Assembly (NCBI GenBank): GCA_018831025.1
Contig: JAHJRB010000015.1
Coordinates: 1-35,000, forward strand
Direction of reading: 5' to 3'
Length of the DNA: 35,000 nt
Origin: Nanobdellota archaeon
GTDB taxonomy: Archaea; Nanobdellota; Nanobdellia; SCGC-AAA011-G17; ARS1403
The translations under genes and the position numbers were made by a program. The notes beneath the pieces were generated by a model. It did no database searches, had not been told where the DNA came from, and saw nothing but the letters and a program-made list of their open reading frames with translations. Below, piece by piece: positions 25,712-33,857 of this stretch (the stretch's first letter is position 1; each line of letters begins with the position of its first letter).

Positions 25712-27041
25712 TAAATACTTTTTACTGGTGATGCTTGTACTTTGTTTAGTCGTACTTATTTTACCGAATTTATTGAGGAATAATCCCTTTTCAATTGGGG
25801 AGGAAAGCTTCTATCATTTAAGAATTGCTAAAGACATTCTTTCTGATGGTTTTTTACAATATGATGAACTGAGTTTTTCTGGGAGAGATACTTTTTTAGA
25901 AAGAGGATTGAGTTATAGTATCGCAAGTGTTAGTTTTATTACTAAGATTAGTGTGGAAACCTCTGCAAAAATCTTATTTTTATTATTAGGGCTTTTTGCT
26001 GTTTATTTACTTCATCTGATTTTTAAATTATTAAATTTAAAAGAAGGGTTGTTTGCATTGCCTGTGTTAATCATTTCTCCTGCTTTCATTTATCTTTTTA
26101 CTGTTATAAACCGGTATGCTGTCTCTTTTATACTTCTTTTGCTGCTTGTTTATTTCTTTTTGAAGAAAAGATATTATTTGAGCGGATTTTTTTTATTATT
26201 AATGCCCCTTTTTAGTTATGCGTTTACTTCTTTTATTTTGATTAGTGGTTTGTTTTACTTTCTTTATAAGAAAAAAAGTAAACTGCTTTTGATATTTTTA
26301 TTTTTAATATTACTCGTTTGGATATTTACTCTTAAAGGATTTAATTTGGAATTTATCTCTGATCTTGGGGGGGATTTAGGACTAAGTATTTTTGGAATTT
26401 TTATTGTCTTCGTAGGATTGGGATTTTTTTGGAAGAAAAAGAGATTCATTTCTCTATACCTGCTATGTTTAATTTTATTTATATTTTATTTAAAGCTTTA
26501 CTGGATGATTTTTATATTGAACATTCCCTTTTGCTTATTAATTGCTTATAGTTTTACTAATCTTTTAAATATAAAATGGGAAAGTGAATTAATAAAAGAG
26601 CTTACTATACTGCTTTTAATTTGTGGTTTATTACTCTCTGGATTTTCTTTTGTTAAATCTCTTAGTGATGCAGAACCTACTGAGGAAATTTTTGATACCT
26701 TGAGTTTAATACCACGAGGTAGTGTTGTTCTTTCTATCCCTAAAAATGGGTATTGGATAAATTATGCTGGAATGAAGAATGTAGTTGATGAATTTGTATG
26801 GTTTACTGATTTTGAAGAGAGAAATAACGATATTGAGACTTTATTTTGGACCGAAAATTTAAATGAAGTTGTCTCTGTGCTAGATAAATACAATGTGGAT
26901 TATATATTGTTAGGTTCTGTTGCAAAACATAAAATTTTAGCGAAAGACGAAGAGGGAATTTTATTCTTTTTGAAGTATAGTGATAAATTTAAGAAACTTA
27001 AAGAAGGAAATATAGAACTGTGGAGATATGTTAGAGAATAG
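25647..27041 (+). CDS. second GT-C-type membrane glycosyltransferase-like protein (tandem paralog)
   Basis: The first loop is GEESFYHLRIAKDILSDGFLQYDELSFSGRD. The protein has many TM helices and a C-terminal soluble domain with YNVDYILLG. The start is uncertain because it overlaps the upstream gene by 65 nt. Confidence 0.5.
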   Translation: MMKDASRESFLELQKFTKLYASKYFLLVMLVLCLVVLILPNLLRNNPFSIGEESFYHLRIAKDILSDGFLQYDELSFSGRDTFLERGLSYSIASVSFITKISVETSAKILFLLLGLFAVYLLHLIFKLLNLKEGLFALPVLIISPAFIYLFTVINRYAVSFILLLLLVYFFLKKRYYLSGFFLLLMPLFSYAFTSFILISGLFYFLYKKKSKLLLIFLFLILLVWIFTLKGFNLEFISDLGGDLGLSIFGIFIVFVGLGFFWKKKRFISLYLLCLILFIFYLKLYWMIFILNIPFCLLIAYSFTNLLNIKWESELIKELTILLLICGLLLSGFSFVKSLSDAEPTEEIFDTLSLIPRGSVVLSIPKNGYWINYAGMKNVVDEFVWFTDFEERNNDIETLFWTENLNEVVSVLDKYNVDYILLGSVAKHKILAKDEEGILFFLKYSDKFKKLKEGNIELWRYVRE

Positions 27042-27076
27042 AAAAATATATAATATAACTTAAGTATATTCTCTTT

Positions 27077-28291
27077 ATGCTTTGGAACATTTTTACTTAT
27101 GTTACAGTTTATTTTGGTTTATTTACAGGAATCTTTTTTTTGTTCACTTTTTTTGAGAATATGGGGGGATTGAAAGAAAGAAAAGCTAAAAGATTTCCTA
27201 AGGTTACAATCATTGTTCCTGCTTATAATGAGGAAACTACATTAAAAGGAACTGTTTACTCTTTATTAAATCTTGATTATCCTAAAGATAAATTGGAAAT
27301 TATTGTTGTTGATGATGGAAGTAAAGATAGCACTTATGAAGTTGCTAAACAATTTATAAAAAAAGGCGTTAAGGTTTTTACCAAGGAAAATGGGGGCAAA
27401 GCAACTGCTTTAAATTTTGCATTAACTAAAAGTACTGGGGAATTAGTTGGTTGTTTGGATGCTGATAGTTTTGTTACTAGCAGTGCTTTGAAAAAAATGG
27501 TCGGTTATTTTGAAGATCCAGAGATTATGGCGGTTACTCCTTCTATTAAAGTTTGGAAAGATAATTGTTTGTTGCAGAAAATGCAAAAAGTAGAGTATTT
27601 AATGGGGGTTTTCTTGAGAAAAGCTTTTGCCTATTTGGACAGTATACATGTTACTCCTGGGCCTTTTACGATTTATAGAAAATGGTTTTTTGATAAGTAT
27701 GGGGGATATGATGTTGGAAATTTAACAGAGGATATTGAAGTTGCTTTGAGAATACAAAGACATGGTTTTAGCATCGAGAATGTTATGGATGCTAATGTTT
27801 ATACTATAAGCCCAAACAAGTTTAAATCATTATTGAGACAAAGAAACAGATGGTATATTGGATTTTTGACTAATGTGTTTAATTATAAAGATTTATTTGG
27901 ATTGAAACATGGAAACTTAGGAATTTTGGTCCTGCCAAGCGCTTTTATCTCTATTGCTTTAAGTATAATACTATTCTTATACACTCTCGGAAATCTTTTG
28001 AATCATTCTTTTAAGAACCTTATTAATTTTTACAATGTGGGATTTGATATTACTCCCTTTTTTACAAATTCCCAGAATTTTTATTGGGATTTTAGTCCTT
28101 TAAGAATATTAGCTCTTTTGTCCTTGCTTACAGGAATATTAATGATTACCTTAACTAAAAAATATTCAAGAGAAGAGTCCAAAATTGGATTTGCTTACTT
28201 TTTATATCTAATAGCTTATTGGATATTTTTTGCTTTTTGGTGGATTATTGCCATTAGTTTAAAAACACTTAAGAGGCAAGTTTCATGGTGA
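27077..28291 (+). CDS. family 2 glycosyltransferase, membrane-integrated processive type (PgaC/IcaA/NodC/chitin synthase-like)
   Basis: VTIIVPAYNEE, VVDDGSKD, LDADS, TEDIE and QRNRWY (the QxxRW motif) are present, with flanking TM helices. Confidence 0.85.
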   Translation: MLWNIFTYVTVYFGLFTGIFFLFTFFENMGGLKERKAKRFPKVTIIVPAYNEETTLKGTVYSLLNLDYPKDKLEIIVVDDGSKDSTYEVAKQFIKKGVKVFTKENGGKATALNFALTKSTGELVGCLDADSFVTSSALKKMVGYFEDPEIMAVTPSIKVWKDNCLLQKMQKVEYLMGVFLRKAFAYLDSIHVTPGPFTIYRKWFFDKYGGYDVGNLTEDIEVALRIQRHGFSIENVMDANVYTISPNKFKSLLRQRNRWYIGFLTNVFNYKDLFGLKHGNLGILVLPSAFISIALSIILFLYTLGNLLNHSFKNLINFYNVGFDITPFFTNSQNFYWDFSPLRILALLSLLTGILMITLTKKYSREESKIGFAYFLYLIAYWIFFAFWWIIAISLKTLKRQVSW

Positions 28292-28296
28292 GATAA

Positions 28297-28944
28297 ATGG
28301 ATACAAATAGAAAAAAGATAAATAAGTTAAAGGTCTTTAGTATTTTGATTACTACTACTTTTGTTTTTGCTCTAGGAATATTTTTTGGACATATGATTAA
28401 CACTTCACAACTTAATAATATCATGGAATTCCAGCAGGATTTAAGGACACAGACCTTAAGTTTAGAGTTACAATATGCGTTAGCGAGTCAAGAGCTTTGT
28501 GTTGGAACTAATTGGAATCTGGTGGGAAATGAATTATACAATATGGGTGAAATGCTTGCTAATATGGAATCTTCTTTGGGAAAATTGGATGAAGATGTTC
28601 TCAAATTAAAAGAATATTATTCTTTACTTGAAGTAAAACATTGGTTATTTCTAAAAAATGTTAAAGAAAAATGTAAGTCTAATACTCCTATTATTTTGTA
28701 TTTTTATTCTAATCTTGGTGATTGTGACGATTGTGAAAAACAGGGTTATATTTTGACTTACTTAAAAAAGAAAAATCCTGAATTAAATATCTTTTCTTTT
28801 GATATCAATACTGATAATATTGCTATAGAAGGGTTAAAAGATTTATTTGGATTAAAAGGTAAAAATCTACCGCTTCTTATTGTTGATGATACTGTCTTAG
28901 AAGAGTTTACAGGATTAGAAGAACTCAATAAATTAATTTCTTAA
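28297..28944 (+). CDS. membrane-anchored protein with a thioredoxin-like CxxC C-terminal domain (tentative)
   Basis: It has an N-terminal TM helix, a coiled middle region and ILYFYSNLGDCDDCEKQGYIL. Confidence 0.45.
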   Translation: MDTNRKKINKLKVFSILITTTFVFALGIFFGHMINTSQLNNIMEFQQDLRTQTLSLELQYALASQELCVGTNWNLVGNELYNMGEMLANMESSLGKLDEDVLKLKEYYSLLEVKHWLFLKNVKEKCKSNTPIILYFYSNLGDCDDCEKQGYILTYLKKKNPELNIFSFDINTDNIAIEGLKDLFGLKGKNLPLLIVDDTVLEEFTGLEELNKLIS

Positions 28945-28946
28945 AA

Positions 28947-29393
28947 ATGCAATGTGAAATATGCGGAAAAGAAGGACCTTTATTTATAGTTAAAGTAGAG
29001 GGTACTAAGATGGAGGTCTGTAGTAGATGTAGTGTGTTTGGAGAAGTTCTCAAAGAAATTAAAAATGATATTGTTAGGGGTATAACTGAAAATAAAAGGT
29101 CTAAAGAAATTAATATTTCTTTTATTAAAAAAAATTGTAGTAAATTAATAAAAGAGAATAGGGAGAAATTAGGCTTGAAGCAAGAAGAATTAGCCAATGA
29201 ACTGAACTTAAAAGAAAGCATCATCCATAAAATTGAGAGCGGAGCAATTGAACCAGATATGAATTTGGCCAGAAAGCTTGAAAAATTTTTCAAGATAAAA
29301 TTAGTTGATAGCTATGTAGAAAAAAAAGATAATTCTAAAATTGAAGAGACAAAAGAAATGACTATTGGAGATTTATTGAAAGAAAAAGATTAA
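28947..29393 (+). CDS. mbf1: archaeal multiprotein bridging factor 1 (zinc ribbon plus XRE-type HTH)
   Basis: The zinc ribbon is MQCEICGKEG...VCSRCSVFG. The HTH is IKENREKLGLKQEELANELNLKESIIHKIESGAIEPDMNLARKLEKFF. Confidence 0.85.
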   Translation: MQCEICGKEGPLFIVKVEGTKMEVCSRCSVFGEVLKEIKNDIVRGITENKRSKEINISFIKKNCSKLIKENREKLGLKQEELANELNLKESIIHKIESGAIEPDMNLARKLEKFFKIKLVDSYVEKKDNSKIEETKEMTIGDLLKEKD

Positions 29394-29418
29394 ATACTAT
29401 TTTTTATTTTTATATTAT

Positions 29419-29700
29419 ATGGAAACCAAGTCAATTAATTATGTTCTCTTTATTGTAGTTTTTGTTTTAGCTCTAAATTTGGTTTATCCTTTAGGGAGAG
29501 CGTATGGTAAATTAACCTTTGGGGATCTTGGATGCGAAATTAATGGAGCTTATGTTGATGATGCAAATTTATGCTGTCATGAAATGGGGAGATTTCCGGG
29601 TTGTTTTGATAATAAATGCGATTCAGATAATTATCAAATAGTTGCTAATAAACAAATGTTTAGATATTGCAAAGCGAGCGGTTATGATGTTAGATATTAA
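29419..29700 (+). CDS. small secreted Cys-rich protein
   Basis: 93-aa ORF with the signal/anchor YVLFIVVFVLALNLVYPLG and 7 Cys in the mature part. It overlaps the GH3 gene start. Confidence 0.5.
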   Translation: METKSINYVLFIVVFVLALNLVYPLGRAYGKLTFGDLGCEINGAYVDDANLCCHEMGRFPGCFDNKCDSDNYQIVANKQMFRYCKASGYDVRY

Positions 29701-30778
29701 TAACGATAAACTTACGGTAGTTTTGTTAATAGTAATTGCACTACTTGGAATCTTAAACTTAAACAAAGATATGGTTGGTATGAATGTTTTAGAATTGGGA
29801 TTAGAGGATAGGAACTTTGAAATTAAAGATAATGTAATAAATTTAAACTCTTTGACTTTAAAACAGAAAATTGGACAAATGATTTTTACTTTAGCTAAAC
29901 CTGAAAATAAAGATTTATTACAAGAAATGAATGTAGGAGGGATTTATTTCTGGAAAAAAAATACTGAGAATACATATAGTAATGATATCCGGTACTTTCA
30001 AGAAAACATGGAAATTCCATTTTTTGTAGGAGTGGATTTAGAAGGATGCTGGAATCCTTTCGAAGATTTTTATAAGTTTCCTATGTTTAAAGAAATTAAA
30101 GATGAAAATGAAGCTTATGAATTAGGAAAAGAACAAGGACTATTGCTTAAAAAATTAGGGTTTAATATTAATTTTTCACCTGTTGTTGATAGAGAAGATA
30201 AAATATGGAAATGCAGAAGCTTTGAAGGGGATATTGAAAGAAAAGCTGCTTATTATGTAAGGGGGCTGCAAAATCAAGGAATTATTGCTACTGCTAAACA
30301 CTATCCTGGAAAAACTTTAATTGGAAAAGATCCGCACAAAGATATAGAGTTTACAATTATTAATGAGGATGATTTAAAGCCTTTCGAATGGACGATCAAA
30401 AGTGGAGTTAAGGCAGTTATGATAAATCATTTGATTTCTAGAGGGGCTGCGGATTCTGAATATAAACCAAGTGTTGTTAGTAAAAGCGTTATTAGCGGAT
30501 TAAAAAAAGATTTTACTGGTCTTGTTTTAACAGATGAAGTAAGAATGGCAGGTTTGAAGGATTTTTATGGTGATGAAAGACGAATGTATGTAGATTTAGT
30601 TAATGCGGGTAATGATGTAATATTAGACTTTAATGCTGAGCCTTGGCATATATATAAAATTGTTGCAATTATAGAAAATGCAATAAATCTAGGAGAAATA
30701 AAAGAGGATAGAATAGATGATGCAGTTACTAACATATTAAAAACTAAAGGGTTCAAGGTTGTAAAACGAAAGCTTTAA
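29684..30778 (+). CDS. glycoside hydrolase family 3 N-terminal domain protein (NagZ-like beta-N-acetylhexosaminidase) with an N-terminal membrane anchor
   Basis: GVDLEGCWNPF, NINFSPVVD, AKHYPGK (30296-30310), VMINHL and LVLTDEVRMAGL (Asp codon at 30533-35) are present. The anchor is LTVVLLIVIALLGIL. The start is taken at MMLDIN; the track starts at 29642. Confidence 0.8.
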   Translation: MMLDINNDKLTVVLLIVIALLGILNLNKDMVGMNVLELGLEDRNFEIKDNVINLNSLTLKQKIGQMIFTLAKPENKDLLQEMNVGGIYFWKKNTENTYSNDIRYFQENMEIPFFVGVDLEGCWNPFEDFYKFPMFKEIKDENEAYELGKEQGLLLKKLGFNINFSPVVDREDKIWKCRSFEGDIERKAAYYVRGLQNQGIIATAKHYPGKTLIGKDPHKDIEFTIINEDDLKPFEWTIKSGVKAVMINHLISRGAADSEYKPSVVSKSVISGLKKDFTGLVLTDEVRMAGLKDFYGDERRMYVDLVNAGNDVILDFNAEPWHIYKIVAIIENAINLGEIKEDRIDDAVTNILKTKGFKVVKRKL

Positions 30779-30804
30779 AAATTGAAATTAAGGGAATTTA
30801 GTCT

Positions 30805-31080
30805 ATGGAATTAAACATAAAAGAAGATACTAAAGAGAAAATAAAGTTTGAGATAATCGGAGAGGGACATACTTTTTCAAATCCCCTGTCTAAAGAGTTA
30901 TGGAATGATAGCCATGTTAAAACTTCAGGTTATAGTATTAAACACTCTTTAATAAGTAATCCTGTTTTTATTGTTGAAACTGATGGTAGTGAGAAACCAA
31001 AAGATGCTTTAAAAAAAGCAGCTACAAGATTAGAAAAAAAAATGAGTGAAATGCTGACTAAGTTTAAGTCTTTAAAATAA
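30805..31080 (+). CDS. rpoL: DNA-directed RNA polymerase subunit L (Rpo11)
   Basis: KIKFEIIGEGHTFSNPLSKELWNDSHVKTSGYSIKHSLISNPVFIVETDG...DALKKAATRL matches the RpoL pattern. A CTTTAAAAA TATA lies about 28 nt upstream. Confidence 0.8.
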   Translation: MELNIKEDTKEKIKFEIIGEGHTFSNPLSKELWNDSHVKTSGYSIKHSLISNPVFIVETDGSEKPKDALKKAATRLEKKMSEMLTKFKSLK

Positions 31081-31115
31081 AAACTTTTTTATTATAGGAG
31101 TGTTTTTCTCTGAAG

Positions 31116-31745
31116 ATGATTAATTGGAAAAAAATATGGTATTTTATATGGAAGGAAGATAGTTTTGCTAGTTGGTTAGTGAATATTTTATTGGCGATAA
31201 TTATTGTAAAATTTCTTATTTATCCAGGATTAGGACTGCTGTTTAATACAGATTTTCCTGTTGTTGCTGTTGTTAGTTGCAGTATGGAACATAAACTTAC
31301 TAACTGTGGAGATATTAATAAAGAAAAAGATTTATGCGGTATGGGTGATTTAAAATATGATAAAATTGATTTTGCTAATTTCTGGGAAAGTTGCGGAAAT
31401 TGGTATGAAGATAAGAATATAACTAAAAATATGTTTTCTGGATTTTCTTTTGTTAATGGATTTAATAAAGGGGATATAATGGTGCTTATAGGAACTGAGA
31501 ACATTAATGTAGGAGATGTAATTGTTTTTGACTCTGGTCTTGGTGGAGCACCTATAATACATAGAATTGTTGGAGTTAATGATGATGGAAGTTTAATGAC
31601 TAAAGGAGACCATAATATCGATCAAATGTTCTTTGAGAGAAACATTAATAAAGATAAGGTCTATGGAAAAGCTATCTTGAAAATCCCTTATTTGGGATGG
31701 GTAAAGGTAATATTTAATGATTTTATAGGGGGAATATTAAAATAG
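31116..31745 (+). CDS. signal peptidase I, archaeal/eukaryal S26B (Sec11-like) type
   Basis: An N-terminal TM helix is present. The catalytic Ser context is VVSCSMEH, followed by GDIMVL, GDVIVF and APIIHRIVG...MTKGDHN. Confidence 0.8.
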   Translation: MINWKKIWYFIWKEDSFASWLVNILLAIIIVKFLIYPGLGLLFNTDFPVVAVVSCSMEHKLTNCGDINKEKDLCGMGDLKYDKIDFANFWESCGNWYEDKNITKNMFSGFSFVNGFNKGDIMVLIGTENINVGDVIVFDSGLGGAPIIHRIVGVNDDGSLMTKGDHNIDQMFFERNINKDKVYGKAILKIPYLGWVKVIFNDFIGGILK

Positions 31746-32050
31746 AATTTTGTATTCATTGTGGAGGACTATTATTGCCTGGTAAGAATAAAAAAAACTT
31801 AGTTTGTGCTAGCTGTGGTAAGAGTAGCAAGACTAAGATTAATGTTGTTGTTAAGGAGGAAGTTATAGAAGAGAAAGAATTAGAGGTAGTTGATAAGGAT
31901 TATGATGTTAATCCGGAAGTAGAAGAAGAGTGTCCTAAATGTGAAAACAGAAAAGCTAGATTCTGGACATTACAGACGAGAGCAGGGGATGAGGCTGAAA
32001 CTAGGTTCTTTGAGTGTACTAAATGCAAACATAGGTGGAGAGAGTATTAG
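31742..32050 (+). CDS. tfs: transcription factor S (TFS) / RpoM-like; no canonical start codon
   Basis: The C-terminal ribbon is CPKCENRKARFWTLQTRAGDEAETRFFECTKCKHRW. The N-terminal ribbon EFCIHCGGLLLPGKNKKNLVCASCG begins at 31745, upstream of the only TTG. The first in-frame candidates are ATT 31736 and ATA 31742. Confidence 0.8.
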   Translation: MEFCIHCGGLLLPGKNKKNLVCASCGKSSKTKINVVVKEEVIEEKELEVVDKDYDVNPEVEEECPKCENRKARFWTLQTRAGDEAETRFFECTKCKHRWREY

Positions 32051-32060
32051 TCGGAAAGTT

Positions 32061-32068
32061 TTTATATA
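32061..32068 (+). promoter_or_regulatory. TATA box (GAAAGTTTTTATATA context)
   Basis: It lies about 27 nt upstream of ATG 32092. Confidence 0.45.
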
Positions 32069-32091
32069 AGTTTTAATTACTATTTTGTAAT

Positions 32092-32541
32092 ATGGTAGAA
32101 GGAGCGATATCTTTAACTATTGAACCTGTAATAGTTTTAGGAGTTATTCTTGGATTGTATGAACTTATATTAATTCATAGAGATGAAAATTTTAGGGGAA
32201 GTCATTGGTTTGGGCATGGAATTCATGCAGTTGTAATTATGGTGATTGCATTATTTGCGGTTTTTAATTGGGCTTATTTTTTACAAATTACAGGATTAGG
32301 GACTAAAAACATACCGCTTATTAGTAATGTCTTGGTCGGGAGAATTGCTATTGGGGTCATTTTAAATTTTAAAATGCATGCTGTAAGTGCGGTTGTAAAA
32401 GGAAGGGCTTTTGCAGGCGGCGTAAGCGGAGGAATGGCTGAACATTGGACCCATACAATTATTGTTTCTGTATTAGTTGTTACTGCACCTTATTATTGGT
32501 CTTTAATATTACCTATGTTGCCTGCTTGGGCAAGATTCTAA
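32092..32541 (+). CDS. hypothetical polytopic membrane protein with His-rich loops
   Basis: 149-aa ORF with 4 TM helices. The His-rich segments are HRDENFRGSHWFGHGIH and AEHWTH. Confidence 0.5.
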   Translation: MVEGAISLTIEPVIVLGVILGLYELILIHRDENFRGSHWFGHGIHAVVIMVIALFAVFNWAYFLQITGLGTKNIPLISNVLVGRIAIGVILNFKMHAVSAVVKGRAFAGGVSGGMAEHWTHTIIVSVLVVTAPYYWSLILPMLPAWARF

Positions 32542-32569
32542 AGAATATATATTTTTTAGTATATTAAAG

Positions 32570-32577
32570 TTTATAAA
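32570..32577 (+). promoter_or_regulatory. TATA box for the PCNA gene
   Basis: AAAGTTTATAAA lies about 27 nt upstream of ATG 32600. Confidence 0.45.
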
Positions 32578-32599
32578 CTAAATGCCATTTTAGAAAAAT

Positions 32600-33349
32600 A
32601 TGAAACTAACTTTAGCTGAATCCAGATTATTAAAAGAACCTATCAGTATTATTTCTGAACTTGTAAGCGAGGTTAGTTTTAAGATTGATAAAGATAAGTT
32701 AGAGATTATAGCAATGGATCCAGCGAATGTTGTTATGATAGTTTTTAAATTATTGAGTAGCGCGTTTGTTGAATATGAGGTTAAGAAAGATGAGGTAATA
32801 AGTTTAAGCTTAGATAACTTAAATCAGGTTTTTAGAAGAATAAAGCCCAGTGATACTTTAATATTAGAGCTAGATGAAGAGAAGAATAGATTAAAAATAA
32901 GATTAAGGGGCAATAGTAATAGAACTTTTAATTTGAGCTTATTAAGTGCTGATGAAGAAGAGAAAAAGATTCCAGAATTGGAGTTTCCGCTGGTTATTGA
33001 AACTAATAGTGAACTTTTTGAAGATGCTATAGAAGATGCAGGGATTGTGGCAGATAGTTTAGCTTTTATTGCAGATAAAAATAAATTTTTAATTCAGGGG
33101 ACGGGGAATATAAGCGATTCTAAAGTAGAGGTTTTGACTGATGAGGAAACAGAGATCAATGTGGATGGGGAGGATAAGATTGCTGCGAGATATAGTGTTG
33201 AGTATTTAAAAAAAATAATTAAGGGCGGGAAATTAGCTGATAGAGTTAAGGTGCAGTTTGGTAAAGATTATCCTCTTAAAGTGGATTATAATTTAATGGA
33301 TAAACTCGGACTTACTTTTATTTTAGCTCCTAGAGTTAGCAATGACTGA
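32600..33349 (+). CDS. pcn: DNA polymerase sliding clamp PCNA
   Basis: 249-aa protein. LLKEPISIISELVSEVSFKIDKDKLEIIAMDPANVVMIVFKL and the C-terminal YPLKVDY...LTFILAPRV match the PCNA pattern. Confidence 0.9.
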   Translation: MKLTLAESRLLKEPISIISELVSEVSFKIDKDKLEIIAMDPANVVMIVFKLLSSAFVEYEVKKDEVISLSLDNLNQVFRRIKPSDTLILELDEEKNRLKIRLRGNSNRTFNLSLLSADEEEKKIPELEFPLVIETNSELFEDAIEDAGIVADSLAFIADKNKFLIQGTGNISDSKVEVLTDEETEINVDGEDKIAARYSVEYLKKIIKGGKLADRVKVQFGKDYPLKVDYNLMDKLGLTFILAPRVSND

Positions 33350-33389
33350 ATCCTTTTAGGAAAAGCATTCATGTAAAATATCCTATAAA

Positions 33390-33857
33390 ATGACTGAAGA
33401 AAAAGATTTTGATAAGATTTTTAATAAATTTAAATCTGGAGTTTATGTTGTTACTACGATTCTAGATGATGTAAAATATGGATGGACTACTAGTTGGGTG
33501 AGTAAAGTAAGTTTTAATCCTAAATTGGTTATGGTTAGTATAGGCAAAAATAGAAAAGATCATGAAAAATTTATGGAAGCAGAGGTTTTTGCTATAAATG
33601 TATTAGGCGAAGATGGAATTGAAATTGGGAGACACTTTGGTTTGAGTAATGGAGAGAATGTTGATAATTTTGATGGAATTGATACCATAGAATTAGAAAC
33701 TGGTAGCCCTATTTTAAAAAATATTGTTGGAGCTGTTGATTGTAAGATTGTTAAGACTGTAGATGCTGGAGATCATGTGCTCTTTATTGGTGAAGTTCTT
33801 GATTGTATTGTTAAAGATGGAAATAGTTTAGTTTTCAGAAAAGAAGATTTTCCTTAG
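33390..33857 (+). CDS. flavin reductase-like (FMN-binding split-barrel) domain protein
   Basis: GVYVVTT, SWVSKVSFNPKLVMVSIGK, FAINVL and GDHVLFIGEVL are present. Confidence 0.75.
   Translation: MTEEKDFDKIFNKFKSGVYVVTTILDDVKYGWTTSWVSKVSFNPKLVMVSIGKNRKDHEKFMEAEVFAINVLGEDGIEIGRHFGLSNGENVDNFDGIDTIELETGSPILKNIVGAVDCKIVKTVDAGDHVLFIGEVLDCIVKDGNSLVFRKEDFP

Noticed and set aside
24236-27041. Calling the two large polytopic proteins AglB/STT3 oligosaccharyltransferases.
   Set aside because: The first-loop resemblance is suggestive, but I found no WWDxG motif or DK/MI-type motif in either sequence. I therefore claim only a generic GT-C-like assignment.
2251-31562. Many 60-125-aa antisense or out-of-frame ORFs in the track. 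Examples are 2251-2439(-), 5806-6111(-), 6465-6698(-), 7509-7745(-), 7786-8076(-), 8353-8541(-), 8827-9066(-), 9409-9636(-), 10147-10356(-) and 10474-10659(-). Others are 10787-10978(-), 11127-11318(-), 13435-13716(+), 15181-15387(-), 17575-17757(-), 19288-19485(-), 20114-20380(+), 20594-20845(+), 21168-21434(+) and 21417-21605(-). The rest are 21461-21643(+), 21811-22185(+), 23079-23351(-), 24081-24323(-), 24979-25335(-), 26264-26449(-), 28925-29293(-), 30565-30756(-), 31220-31504(-) and 31350-31562(-).
   Set aside because: Each lies entirely within or opposite a longer ORF that has recognisable family motifs or coherent membrane or pilin features. Their translations are low-complexity S/F/L/I/K-rich strings, typical of shadow frames in AT-rich DNA.
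31736-31745. A programmed -1 frameshift fusing the signal peptidase to TFS.
   Set aside because: There is no convincing X-XXY-YYZ slippery heptamer at the junction, and such a fusion makes little biological sense. A non-AUG start or a base-call error is more parsimonious. It is kept only as an alternative in the TFS finding.
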